In this document: one piece after another, positions 35,846 to 46,243 of the stretch
How the letters are laid out: each line of letters starts with the position of its first letter
Numbering within the stretch: position 1 is the first letter of the stretch
Source of the DNA: an uncultured Actinomycetota bacterium
Lineage (GTDB): Bacteria; Actinomycetota; Actinomycetes; Mycobacteriales; Jatrophihabitantaceae
Reading direction: 5' to 3'
Length of the DNA: 64,000 nt
NCBI GenBank assembly: GCA_963839995.1
Contig: CAWIXH010000011.1
Coordinates: forward strand, 6,152-70,151
Notes under the pieces: generated by a model
Seen by the model: the letters and a program-made list of their open reading frames with translations, nothing else
The model's database searches: none
What the model was told of the DNA's origin: nothing
Made by a program: the position numbers and the translations under genes

Positions 35846-38309
35846 ATGGACTTCGGGATCCTCGGCCCGACAACCGTCATCGACGGCGGTCGGCGCGTCG
35901 AGCTTCCGGCCGGCCGCGCCAGGGCGCTGCTCGCGATCCTCATGCTGCACGCCGGCGACCCGGTGCCCGCCGAGCGGCTGGTCGACGAGCTTTGGGGCGA
36001 GCATCCGCCGCCGACGGCGCCGACCGTCGTCCATGGCCACGTCTCGCGGCTGCGTACAGCGCTCGAGCCGGGCCGGCCCAGGGGCGCGCCGCCGACGGTC
36101 CTTGAGACGGTCGGCGCGGCGTACCGGCTGGCCGTCGACCCAGACGCCATCGACGCGCACCGCTTCACCCGGCTGCTCAGCGCCGCGCGGCCGCAGGCAC
36201 CGGCGCGCCGCGCGGCGACGCTGAGGACGGCGCTCGAGCTGTGGCGCGGTGCCGCGCTCGCCGACTTCGTCTACGAGCCGTTCGCACAGCGGGCGAGCTC
36301 GGCGCTCGAGGCGCTGCGCACCGAGGCCGTCGAGGAACGCTTCGCCGCCGACCTCGACTGCGGACGTGGCGGCGCGCTCGTCGCAGCGTTGGAAGACGCT
36401 GTCGCCGCCCACCCCTACCGTGAGCGGCTCTGGGAGTTCCTCATCCGCGCGCTATACCGCTCCGGCAGGCAGGCGGACGCACTCGACGCCTACCGACGCG
36501 TCCGCGCACTCCTCGTCGACGAGCTCGGCCTCGACCCCGGGCCCCGCCTGCGGGACCTCGAGGCGGCGATCCTCCGGCACGACCCGGCGCTCGGCGCGGA
36601 CGCCGCGGCACCGGTCGCAGCCGTCGACGGGGCCGCGTCCTCATGGATGCCGCGCGAGCGGCGGACCGTCACCGTCGCCGCCGTCGACGTGTCACCCGGC
36701 ATCGACGGCGCGGTCGGCAGCGGCCTCGACGCCACCGTCGACCCCGAGGTCATCGACGCCGTCGTGGCGGCGGCGACGCGGGTCGCCGTCGATGTCCTCG
36801 AGACCTACGGCGCGCGCGTCGAGCGGCTCCTCGGCGGACGGCTGGTCGCGTTCTTCGGCGTCCCGGCCGCGCACGAGGACGACGCGCTGCGCGCCGTCCG
36901 CGCGAGCCTGGCCGTGCGAACGGCGATCGCTGCCCTCGCCGCCGATCGACCACCAGCCGACGGCGGAGGCGTTGCAGCGCGCGGCCGCCGACGGCGACGT
37001 CGTCATCGGGCCGGCAACGCTGCGCCTGGTCCGCGGCGCCGCCATCGTCACGCCCATCGGCTCCGACGCCGACGGCACCGGCGACACTCGACCGGCATCG
37101 GCGTGGCGGGTGCTCGACGTGCCGAGCCACGCCCCCGGCGTCCCGCACGCGCTCGACGCGCCGATGGTCGGTCGCCAGCGCGAGCTCACGACGCTGCGCT
37201 CAGCGCTGCGACGGGCGGTGCGTGCCGGCGCCGTCGTCCGCGTCAACATCGTCGGCGACGCGGGTCTCGGCAAGTCACGGCTCGCGCGCGAGCTCGTGTC
37301 ATCCGTCGACGCCGACCACGTGACACTGCACTGCCCCGTGCCCGGCGACGTCATGACGCTCCTGCCGCTGCGGGAGGCCGTCATCGAGGCGGCGGGCGTG
37401 CACGGCTGGCGCGGCCTCCACCAGCTCCTCGCCGACGGCGACGGCGACTCGCTCGGCCAGCTCGCCGAGTCGATCGGGCTACGCGCCGAGCCCGACAACG
37501 CCGCCCCGCTCGTCGCGGCGATGCGCCGGCTCATCGAGGCGCTCGCCCAGGTCAAGCCGCTCGTCGTCGTCCTCGAAGACCTTCACTGGGCCGAACCGAC
37601 CTTTCTCGACATCGTCGACGACCTCGCCGCGGCGGCGCGGGGGCCGATCCTCCTCCTCTGCCTCGCCCGCCCGGAGCTCGCCGAGCACCGGCCGAGCTGG
37701 CCCACCGCGGACGCCGACCACCTCGAGCCGCTCGCAGCCGACGACGTCGAGCGGCTCATCCGCGGCCGCGCCGGCGCCATCGCCCCAGGCGAGGTCACCC
37801 GCATCGTCGAGCTCTCACAAGGCAACCCGTTGTTCGCCGAGCAGCTCCTCGTGGCGCTCACCGAGGGCGATATCGACACCGTGCCCCGCTCGCTGCGCGG
37901 GCTGCTGACGATGCGGCTCGACCAGCTCGGCCCGGGCGAGCGCGACGTTCTCCTCACCGCGTCGGTCGTGGGCGCCGAATGCGACCGCGACATCCTCACG
38001 GCGGTGCTGCCCGACGATGCCGCGCCCCACCTCGGCCGCCACCTTGACGCGCTCGAGCAGAAGCGGCTCGTCACCCGCACCCAGGATGGGATGCGCTTCG
38101 TCCACGTCCTCATCCGGCTCGCGGCCTACCGCAGCATGACCCGCGACGATCGGACCCAGCTACATCAGCGGGTCGCGCGCTGCCTCCACGAGCGCACGCC
38201 CGACGCGCCTCCCGAACTCGAGGCGGCCATCCGCTTCCACACGGAGCACGCCGCCACGCACCGCCCGGGAACCGCGCCAGAGCGGCGAGACGCGGCTCCC
38301 GGACCATGA
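35846..38309 (+). pseudogene. SARP (BTAD) / cyclase-like / AAA-ATPase regulator, with a frameshift and apparent deletion near 36940-36965
   Basis: The winged-helix plus BTAD part (FGILGPTTVIDGGRRVELPAGRARALLAILML...YRERLWEFLIRALYRSGRQADALDAYRRVR) and the cyclase-like start are in frame 1. AEALQRAAADGDVVIGPATLRLV...IVGDAGLGKSRLAREL...LVVVLEDLHWAEPTFLDIV is in frame 2. Confidence 0.7.
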
Positions 38310-38705
38310 AACGCCCGAAGGCCCGTGAGCCAGCGCCCGGACGAGCCCCGGTGCCCCGTCAGGCGGGCGTCGTCGGGGGCGCTCGAGGGCCCGGCCGATG
38401 TAGTGCGCGACGCCGAGCCCGAGCCGCCCGCTGACCTCCTCGCCGTCGACGTCCCACCGGCGACCGGTGCGGAGGCCGCACGCCCAGCACATGATGACAC
38501 CCCACCCGATCGACACGCCGAGCTTGGATCACCCACAGCACACTCCGGTCACAGTCTCCTTCCCCGGCTGCGAGCGGTGCACCCCCGTCCCTTCACGCGG
38601 GTATCGCCTCGTGTGCCAGGCTCACCGTTCGGGCGGCAGGTGGATGAATGCGGAAGCCACACCGGCGCGCAGAATGCCAGGATTCCCTCGACTACCACGG
38701 ACATA

Positions 38706-39329
38706 ATGACAGTCACCTCGGCGAGATCGGTCTGGGGTTTCTCCGGAGGCGGCCCGCACGCGCTGGCGTGCGGCGCACTGGCCGGCGATCTGGTGGCGGC
38801 GGTCGCGACACTCGGCTCGCCCGCTCCTCCCGACACGCCGGGCCTGGACTACTTCGCCGGCATGTCCGACGAAGCGCGGCAGGACGTCGAGCTGCTGCGC
38901 ACCGACCGTGCCGAGTGGGAGCGGGTGAGCGCGGAGCAGCGCGAGGCGTCACTTGCTATGACCGCCGCGCAGCTCGTCGACACCTGGTCGGCGGGCAAGG
39001 CGCATGCCGACGCCGTGGCGCTGCGCGGCGACTTCGGCGCCTGGTTGCACCGCGCCGTCCAAGAGGGGATGGCCCCGGCCATCGACGGTGCGCTCGAGGA
39101 CAACGTCGCGATCTTCCACGCTCCGTGGGGCTTCGAGCTGGTGTCGATCGCCGTCCCGGTCAAGGTCTGGCACGGCGCCCAGGACCGCTTCGTGCCGTAC
39201 CCGCACGGCCGCTGGCTCGCCGAGAACATCCCGGGCGCCGAGGCCGACCTCGGTGACACGGCCGGGCACATGACCGTCGCCGCCGACCGCATCGGCGACG
39301 TGCACGAATGGCTGGCCCGCTATCTCTAG
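38706..39329 (+). CDS. Alpha/beta-hydrolase-fold protein, apparently lacking the usual N-terminal ~90 residues
   Basis: It starts just before the nucleophile elbow (VWGFSGGGPHALACG) and ends ...VWHGAQDRFVPYPHGRWLAENIPGAEADLGDTAGHM. The upstream sequence is not convincingly hydrolase-like. Confidence 0.55.
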   Translation: MTVTSARSVWGFSGGGPHALACGALAGDLVAAVATLGSPAPPDTPGLDYFAGMSDEARQDVELLRTDRAEWERVSAEQREASLAMTAAQLVDTWSAGKAHADAVALRGDFGAWLHRAVQEGMAPAIDGALEDNVAIFHAPWGFELVSIAVPVKVWHGAQDRFVPYPHGRWLAENIPGAEADLGDTAGHMTVAADRIGDVHEWLARYL

Positions 39330-39676
39330 GAAGCGCTGACCCGGCCAGCGCGCGAACGCACGGAACGGCACCGACTTCGAGCTGTGTCGGCACCGAAAGG
39401 TTGCCCCGGATTCGGCAGGGTAGATGCGATGCATGATGCGTGGCGGGTGCGCGGCCGCGGCCTGCCGCCGCAAACGTCTCGCCCGGCGGCTGGGCAGATA
39501 CTGGGCGTTCTGCATACGAACCCGTAGCCCCGGAAAGCGCGCGACCATGTCTGCTGCGTCGGCGGGACGTCTCGCGCGGGCCTGGAAGGACCCGGCCGCC
39601 GCAGGCTTTGTGGGTGAGTGTCTGTCCCTCATGTGGCCACGAAACCAGCCGGGGCGAAGCCGGAGGATGGTAGCGG

Positions 39677-40838
39677 TCACCGGACTATTGGGTCCCAGCC
39701 GCGCAGGTGCGTGACGGACTGGCGGTACTCCCACTCGATGAGGTCCTTGAGCAGGTGGGCCAGCCGCCCGCTGCTGGTGATGCCAGCGATGTCGGCGACC
39801 CCGCGGCGGGTCCCGACCGAGACGACGAACCCCTTGTCATGGAAGGTGAACGTCTCCAGCGGCCGGCCCTCCAGCTCCGCGTCCAGGTTGCGGGCCACCG
39901 TCTCGCCCTCCTCCAGCGCCACCTGCGCCAGCGGCGGCAGCACATGCCCTGTGCGCGGATCCACCACCGAGGCGAGGTCGCCGGCGACATAGACCTCCGG
40001 GTGGTCCAGCACGCGCAGGTACCGGTCGACCTTGACGCGGCCGTTGTGGCCGATCGGCAACCCCGAACCCACCACCAGCTCGGGTGCTTTCACCCCACCC
40101 GCCCAGACGAACACGCCGCCCTCCACCAGCTGGCCGCCCTTGAGCCGGAAGCCCCCTCGGTCGCGGCCGCGACCATCGTGTTGGTGCGGACCTGCACGCC
40201 CAGGTCAGAAAGGATCCTGGTGGCATTGTCGATCAGCTGCGGCGAGGAGCCGGCCAGGATGGTGGGGCCCGCCTCAACAAGCAGGACGGCGGGCCGGTCG
40301 GGCGCCAGGCCGTGCCCGCTGGCCACCTCGGGGAGCATCTCGGCCAGCTCGCCGGTCAGCTCGACCCCGGTGGCGCCGCCGCCGCGTCGTCGAGCGCCTT
40401 GTTGACCGCCGCCCACACCCGCTCGGCGTCGCTGGCCGAGTACAGCGACAGGGCGCGCTGGGCCAGGCCGGGGATGGCGAAGTCGTTGGGCCGGCTGCCC
40501 AGCGCCAGCACCAGCCGGCTCCAGCCGATCGGCCCGGCCCTGGTGAGCAGCCGCCGGCCGGCCAGGTCGAAACCACTGATGTCGGTCTGGACGAAGCGGA
40601 CCCGCTTGGCCAGCATGTTCTGGAGCGGGATGCGCACCGCGTCGGCGGCGCGGGTGCCGCCGGCGACGCGGGGCAGCTCGGTAAGTACCTGGTGGTAGTC
40701 GTAGCGGTCGACCAGGGTCAGCTCCACCACGGGGTTGTTGCGCAGCTTGGCCGTCAGGCGCAAGGCGACGTGCAATCCTGCGTAGCCCGCCCCGGCGACC
40801 ACGATCCGGCCGCCCCTCCGGGCGGTGGATGCGCTCAC
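39677..40838 (-). pseudogene. ndh: Type II NADH dehydrogenase (Ndh-like) with two lesions
   Basis: GGAGGA RBS and GTG at 40838. IVVAGAGYAGLHVALRL...; then GGGATGVELTGELAEM in another frame (junction near 40375-40395, with some residues missing); then FRLKGGQLVEGGVFVWAGGVKAPE...VYVAGDLAS in a third frame (shift at the C5 run 40152-40156). Confidence 0.7.
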
Positions 40839-41352
40839 GGCGTCCTCCAAAGGTCCTGCCCCTGCTGGGGAAGAAGGCGTCCAGCCAGTCGCATATCTCC
40901 TGCGCCAGCCGAGTCGGGTTGTTGACCTGGCAGCGTCGACCCCGGGCAACCCGGACGGCCACGCACCTGGAACCTGCGGTCCATCCGCACCTTCACGATC
41001 GTCTTCGGCTTGCTCAGCTCGATGTTCGACATCCTCACCTTCATTACCCTCCGCCTGGGATTCCACGCCAGCGCCACCGGAGCGTTACGTGCACAACTTC
41101 ACGCAGGCCGCTTGGGGCAATGGGCACACGTGGCGCGGCACGGTCTCGCGCGGCGCTGAGCTGATCGCGCACGGTTGGGCGGGTGCATCCGTTGAGGTGG
41201 CTGGCCGCGCCGCGGGTACCCGCGGCCATTACAGTTGATCTTGTACCGTGCACGTGGCCAGCGCAGCTAGGAGGGGATGGCGCGGAGGTGACCATCGCAA
41301 CTAGAAGATGATCTTGGTGAGGGGCCCGGTCGTGATCCTCGATCGTTCGGAT

Positions 41353-41971
41353 TCATCTACGTAGGCCGCCGGGCGCACAGCTCCGGACTACCTCGCGCAC
41401 GACGTCAGCGACGACCGCTGGGCACGAGAGCATCACCACGTGTGACGCTCCTTCGGCGACGGTGACTGTCGCCCCCATCCGGTCGTATGAGAAGCGATGA
41501 ACACTTGTGTGGATCACGCCGTCGGCGGTCGGCAGGACCGCCCATGACGGCGCGTCCGCCAGGCTGGGGTTGGCGCTTCTCGCCGAACGCAAACTCGCTG
41601 CCGCCATCGGGGAGGGGGGTAGGCTTGATTTACGGTCCGACGACGGCCGCGGGAACTTCGACTGGAACGTGGCGAGGTCCTCGCGCTCATCGGGCGCCAT
41701 TCCCGCGACGTACACGAGCCCGGCCACGTTGTCCGCCACCCCTGACGCGGTAATGACGGCTCCCCGTAAGAATGGCCAACGGGCAGCACCGGACCCTCGA
41801 CCTGCTCGATCACGAATTTCGTGTACTCGGCGCCTTCGACGGTAACGCCGCGCAACGGGTTCGGCGGCGCCTTGATCGTCAGCCCGTCTCCTGCCAGCTC
41901 GGCGTAGAGCCGGCTCCAGCTCGACGCGTCGCGAACGCTCCGTGAACGAGAATCATCGTTGGGTCAGCCAT
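41353..41971 (-). pseudogene. Alpha/beta hydrolase with several frameshifts
   Basis: MADPTMILVHGAF / SWSRLYAELAGDGLTIKAPPNPLRGVTVEGAEYTKFVIEQVEGPVLPVGHSYG / ADNVAGLVYVAGMAPDE...GASHVVMLSCPAVVADVVREVV are spread over three frames. Confidence 0.6.
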
Positions 41972-42465
41972 GATCAGCATCCGCCTCTCCGGTCGATTCG
42001 TCACAGCGACGGTAGGTGCGGCGGCATCTGTGTTAGCCGTGGTCTCCGGGCTTACTGAACTCATTTGACCTCATTCGTGGCGCCTCGCAGACGCCTCGGT
42101 CGTAGGGCCGATCCTATTCGGCTCAGGGAGGCCTCACCAGCATCGCCGGATCGGCCCAGAAACAGGCAGAGCTGCCGTGCCGCCCCAGCGCTTCTTGGTT
42201 CGCTCCTCCGCTGCTGCCTCGCGCTGCCAGTCGAGCAGCTGGCGCACGGTCCGTCGGCGAAGGATTGCTCCAGCGCGCTGCCCGCGGGCAAGCGGCCGCA
42301 TGCCCGACTCCACATCACCGGCTGGAGGCGGCGAGCACTGGCGCGGTCGGCAGTTTCTTGCGCTGCAACAGGAGATGATCGGGGCCCCAGCAACTCCAAC
42401 CCGAAGGCGATCATGACAATGGCGTCATTGTCGCCAAGGCCAACGACGCCGAACGTTGCTCGCGA

Positions 42466-42948
42466 TCAGCGCTTCGTAATGATGGTCGTGGCCGGCAGCC
42501 TGAACCGGCGCTCGGCCCTGTGGGGCAGGTCGGCCCGGAGCCAGCGCGAGACGTGCCGGGGCAGCGTGGCCATGATGATCTCGTCGAACGCATGATCGCT
42601 GAACACCTTCTCCATGGCCTCGAGAGGATCGGGACTGCCTAGATCACCCTCGACGGGGACACCCAGCTCATCGAGGTCAGCCAGCATCTCGTCGAGCCGT
42701 TGCCGGGCCTGCGCGCTCGCCTGCTCGTCGCTGGCGGGACGGCGGTAGTCCGTCATCCACCACGTCATGCTGGGCTGGAGGGCCTCAGCCGCGGCCGCGG
42801 GCTCCGGATAGTTCGCCGCGGTGGTGTTCGGGACGAGCACGTAGAAGGAGCTTGGTCCCGCCTCAATCCGCTTGCGGAGCGCTTCCCGTAGCTCCGCACG
42901 CTGCAGGGTCTGGTTCGCGACGACAAGATATCTACGCATGACGGCCAC
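42466..42948 (-). CDS. Conserved hypothetical protein (USP-like fold suspected)
   Basis: MRRYLVVANQTLQRAELREALRKRIEAGPSSFYVLVPNT...FDEIIMATLPRHVSRWLRADLPHRAERRFRLP resembles a family common in actinomycetes. The assignment is from memory. Confidence 0.55.
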   Translation of the reverse strand: MAVMRRYLVVANQTLQRAELREALRKRIEAGPSSFYVLVPNTTAANYPEPAAAAEALQPSMTWWMTDYRRPASDEQASAQARQRLDEMLADLDELGVPVEGDLGSPDPLEAMEKVFSDHAFDEIIMATLPRHVSRWLRADLPHRAERRFRLPATTIITKR

Positions 42949-43565
42949 CCGCTTGGTCCTGGCCGGCGCTGGACGTCCGGTGCCAACTCAATGTATCCCG
43001 CGATGCGGACCTAGGGTCTGTGCGAACTAGAGCTTTTCGGCGCAGCGGTCCTCAAGGTGGGGTCAGGACAGGCCGCACGTGGGCAATGCCACTCACCTGG
43101 GATGCAATGGCACCGACCCAAACTCCGTCGACGCGCGGGAAGATCGTCACCATTCCGCTCGACGCCCAAACAAGTGGTCACTTTCGCGCCGCGGGACCAG
43201 CGTTGGGATACATCGATCGACGGCGCGCTGAACAGCGGGTGAGCGGTGAGGAGGTCGGCGACGTGCGCTACGTCGCGGATACGGTCGAAGTCGACGCGCA
43301 CTGGCAAACCGGCCGTGACCGGCCGCTACGCCACAGATTTCTTGATCTGCACGCCGACATTAGTCGCGACGGGCCACAAATAGCGACGGAGGTGGCTCAG
43401 CCTCGTGTGACCAGTTCTGGTTTTGGCGATCGCGAGGATGGGACGCTGGCGGAGTGCCGCCGACGCGACCGGTACGGTCAGCGTGGATCGTGCATCCGTA
43501 GGCTATGACGTGGCGGATGAATGCTATTCGCACGAGGCGAAGAGGCGGCTGTCCTGTCAGCATGG

Positions 43566-43825
43566 TCAGCGAACCGGCCGCCCGTCCTCGAGGTACCGGA
43601 GCCGTTGCGGCTTGGTGACCGCTGCCGCGACGCGGCGATGCACCGGCCCGCTGAGCAGCCGCAGCGCGCGGTCGACCCGGGCCAACCGGTAGGCGGAGAT
43701 CTCCTCCTCCTGCAGCACGATTCCGGCGAGCGCGGGATCGTCGAGCAGGCCGCAGCCGAACAGGAACCGCATCCCTCCCGGCCGGCCGGGTCGCGGACGC
43801 AGGAAATCCACGCACAGCAGGCGGC
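43566..43825 (-). pseudogene. C-terminal fragment of an unidentified gene, cut by the IS1182-family element
   Basis: The ORF runs out of the IS left end: ...LLCVDFLRPRPGRPGGMRFLFGCGLLDDPALAGIVLQEEEISAYRLARVDRALRLL...*. I recognised no family. Confidence 0.3.
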
Positions 43826-44399
43826 CATGGAGCCTGTTGCAAGTTCGGCGTGGCATCCTGACTTTGCCTGTCGGGAATGTCATGATTGGGTGTGGCTCGG
43901 GATTATCGACCGGTGGATCGTGCTCAGCCGTTCTTGCTGCCGCCGGATATGCGGGATTGGTTGCCTGCCGATCATGTGGTGTGGTTCGTGATCGAGGTGG
44001 TGCGGCTGTTGGACACCCGGCGTTTCCAGCAGCGGCGTGCGACTCGGTCGTGGACGGGTCCGCGCCCGTATCACCCGGACATGCTGCTCGCGCTGCTGGT
44101 TTACGGCTACGCGCAGGGGCAGCGGTCCTCGCGGCGGATCGAGGCGCTGTGCGAGGTGGACGTGGCGTTCCGGGTGGTCTGCGGCGGCGACCCGCCGGAT
44201 CACAGCACGCTGGCCCGGTTCCGCCGCGCGAACCTGGCCGCGTTCACCGAGTTCTTCGAGCAGGTGCTGAGGCTGTGCGCGCAGGCCGGCATGGTCAAGC
44301 TCGGCACGGTCGCGATCGACGGCACGAAGATCGCCGCGAACGCCTCGCTGGGCGCGAACCGGTCCGAGGACTGGCTGCGCGAGCAAGTGGACCGGATCG

Positions 44400-44407
44400 T
44401 GGCCGAG
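44400..44407. repeat. Target-site duplication TGGCCGAG (left copy) of IS256 copy A
   Basis: The same 8-mer lies directly outside both IS256 ends. Confidence 0.8.
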
Positions 44408-44491
44408 GAGCGTGTCAGATGGTCTGTGTACGGGAGGTGCCTGAGAGCCTGAAGTGACTGATGTGGCTTCAGGTGGAAGGAGACACCGAGC

Positions 44492-45919
44492 ATGTGCGCA
44501 GCAATGATCACCGATCTGGGGCCGGAGTCGTCGATGCCGGGCCGGGCGACACCACCGGCGCCGCCCCCGTGGGCGTGCGAGCAGACTCGCGCCCGGACGG
44601 CCGCCGAGCTGGCCGACGAGCTGGTGGACGAGGCGTGGCTGGACCAGCTGATCGCCTCCGCCGGGGCGGGCGAGTTGCGGTTGACCGGCGAGGGCGGGTT
44701 CCTGCCGGAGTTGATCAAGCGGGTCCTGGAGCGGGGACTGGAGGTCGAACGCACTGATCACCTGGGCTATGAGAAGGGAGACCCGGCCGGGCGCGGCGCG
44801 CCGAACTCGCGCAACGGCACCACCCCGAAGACGGTGCTCACCGAGGCCGGGCCGATCGGGCTGGAGGTGCCCCGCGACCGGCTCGGCACGTTCACTCCGC
44901 GGCTGGTGCCCAAGGGTGAGCGGCGACTCGCCGGCGGCCTCGACGACATGATCATCAGCTTGTATGCGGGCGGGATGACGGTCCGCGACATCGAACACCA
45001 CCTGGTGCGCACGTTGGGCGTCGAGGTGTCCCGGGAGACCATCTCCAAGATCACCGACGCGGTGCTGGAAGAGGTCAAGGCCTGGCAGGCCCGGCCGCTG
45101 GATGCGATCTACCCGATCATCTACGTCGACGCGCTGGTGGTGAAGGTCCGCGACGGCGCGCACGTGATGAACAAGGCCGCGCACATCGTCGTCGGCGTGG
45201 ACACCGACGGAATCAAGCACGTGCTGGGCATCTGGGTGCAGAACGCCGAGGGCGCGAGGTTCTGGCTGCAGGTGTTCACCGAGCTGCGCAACCGCGGGGT
45301 GCGCGACGTGCTGATCGCCTGCTGCGACGGGCTTGAAGGCCTGCCCGAGGCGATCGAGACCGTCTGGCCCAAGACGGTGACCCAGACCTGCGTGGTCCAC
45401 CTCATTCGGGCGGCCATGCGGTATGTGTCCTACGGCGACCGCAAGGCCGTCGCCGCCGCCCTCAAACCGATCTACACCGCGGCCACCGAAGACGCCGCCC
45501 TCGAGGCCCTCGCGGCGTTCACCGAAGGCGAGCTGGGCCGCCGCTACCCCGGCGCGGTCGGCGTCTGGGAACGCGCCTGGGAACGGTTCACCCCGTTCTT
45601 GGCCTTCCCACCGCAAGTAAGGAAGATCATCTACACGACCAATGCCATCGAAAGCCTGAACTACCAACTCCGCAAGATCATCAAGAACCGAGGGCACTTC
45701 CCCTCCGACGAGGCGGTGGTCAAGCTGCTCTGGCTGGCCATCTGCGACATCGAGGACAAGCGCGCCCGCGCCCGGGAGAAGGAACGCCGCCGCAAGCCCG
45801 TCAACCACCGCACCGCACCCGGCCGGCTCGTCGAGGGCCAACTCGTCACCGGCTGGAAACAGGCCCTCAACGCCCTCGACATCGCCTACCCCGGCCGCCT
45901 GCCGCAAGGAGTGAACTGA
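44492..45919 (+). CDS. IS256-family (mutator-type) transposase
   Basis: ...[24 protein letters not shown]...[10 protein letters not shown]...[19 protein letters not shown]...[16 protein letters not shown]...[17 protein letters not shown]...QTCVVHLIR...[25 protein letters not shown]. Confidence 0.9.
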   Translation: MCAAMITDLGPESSMPGRATPPAPPPWACEQTRARTAAELADELVDEAWLDQLIASAGAGELRLTGEGGFLPELIKRVLERGLEVERTDHLGYEKGDPAGRGAPNSRNGTTPKTVLTEAGPIGLEVPRDRLGTFTPRLVPKGERRLAGGLDDMIISLYAGGMTVRDIEHHLVRTLGVEVSRETISKITDAVLEEVKAWQARPLDAIYPIIYVDALVVKVRDGAHVMNKAAHIVVGVDTDGIKHVLGIWVQNAEGARFWLQVFTELRNRGVRDVLIACCDGLEGLPEAIETVWPKTVTQTCVVHLIRAAMRYVSYGDRKAVAAALKPIYTAATEDAALEALAAFTEGELGRRYPGAVGVWERAWERFTPFLAFPPQVRKIIYTTNAIESLNYQLRKIIKNRGHFPSDEAVVKLLWLAICDIEDKRARAREKERRRKPVNHRTAPGRLVEGQLVTGWKQALNALDIAYPGRLPQGVN

Positions 45920-45920
45920 C

Positions 45921-46181
45921 GTGACCGGAAACGATCACCGGCCCGCCTACAGCACGCTGCGATCACCCTGGGTGCTCGTCGAGGACGGCGTCGTCGACCA
46001 CAGCGCCGAAGTGCTCGAACGGCTCACCAACTGGCTGCTGACCGGCACCGACACCGCCGCGATCACCCGCTGCACCCGCGCGCTATCCCTCGACGAGACC
46101 GACGACCCGATCAGCATCGCCTCCTGGACCGACGCGCTCGCAGCACGCCTGCGTCACCGAGCCGAACAAGCCCAACTCTGA
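45921..46181 (+). CDS. 86-codon second ORF of the IS256-family element, function unknown
   Basis: The GTG lies 1 nt after the transposase stop. Its N-terminal half is conserved in copy B (RSPWVLVEDGVVDHSAEVLERLTNWL versus RTPWVLLDDHCVEQTADLLERLTDWL). Confidence 0.5.
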   Translation: MTGNDHRPAYSTLRSPWVLVEDGVVDHSAEVLERLTNWLLTGTDTAAITRCTRALSLDETDDPISIASWTDALAARLRHRAEQAQL

Positions 46182-46235
46182 ACACCCACCAACATCAACA
46201 AGGAGCACCCCACACACAGAAGACTTGACAAGCTC

Positions 46236-46243
46236 TGGCCGAG
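46236..46243. repeat. Target-site duplication TGGCCGAG (right copy) of IS256 copy A
   Basis: See 44400-44407. Confidence 0.8.

Larger units (their letters stand above)
44408..46235 (+). mobile_element. IS256-family insertion sequence, copy A (1,828 bp, two ORFs)
   Basis: Left inverted repeat gagcgtgtcagatggtctgtgtacggg; right inverted repeat (reverse complement) gagcttgtcaagtcttctgtgtgtggg. It is flanked by an 8-bp duplication. Confidence 0.8.

Noticed and set aside
40855-41060. Alpha/beta-hydrolase-like scraps on the minus strand (SKPKTIVKVRMDRRFQV and VNNPTRLAQEICDWLDAFF).
   Set aside because: They are very short, split over two frames, and the resemblance is only to generic hydrolase C-terminal patterns. 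That is not enough for a feature call.
43011-43508. ORFs of about 100-160 codons on both strands between the USP-like gene and the IS1182-family element.
   Set aside because: There are no recognisable motifs, the ORFs overlap each other, and their composition is ambiguous. They may be eroded gene remnants, but I cannot support a call.
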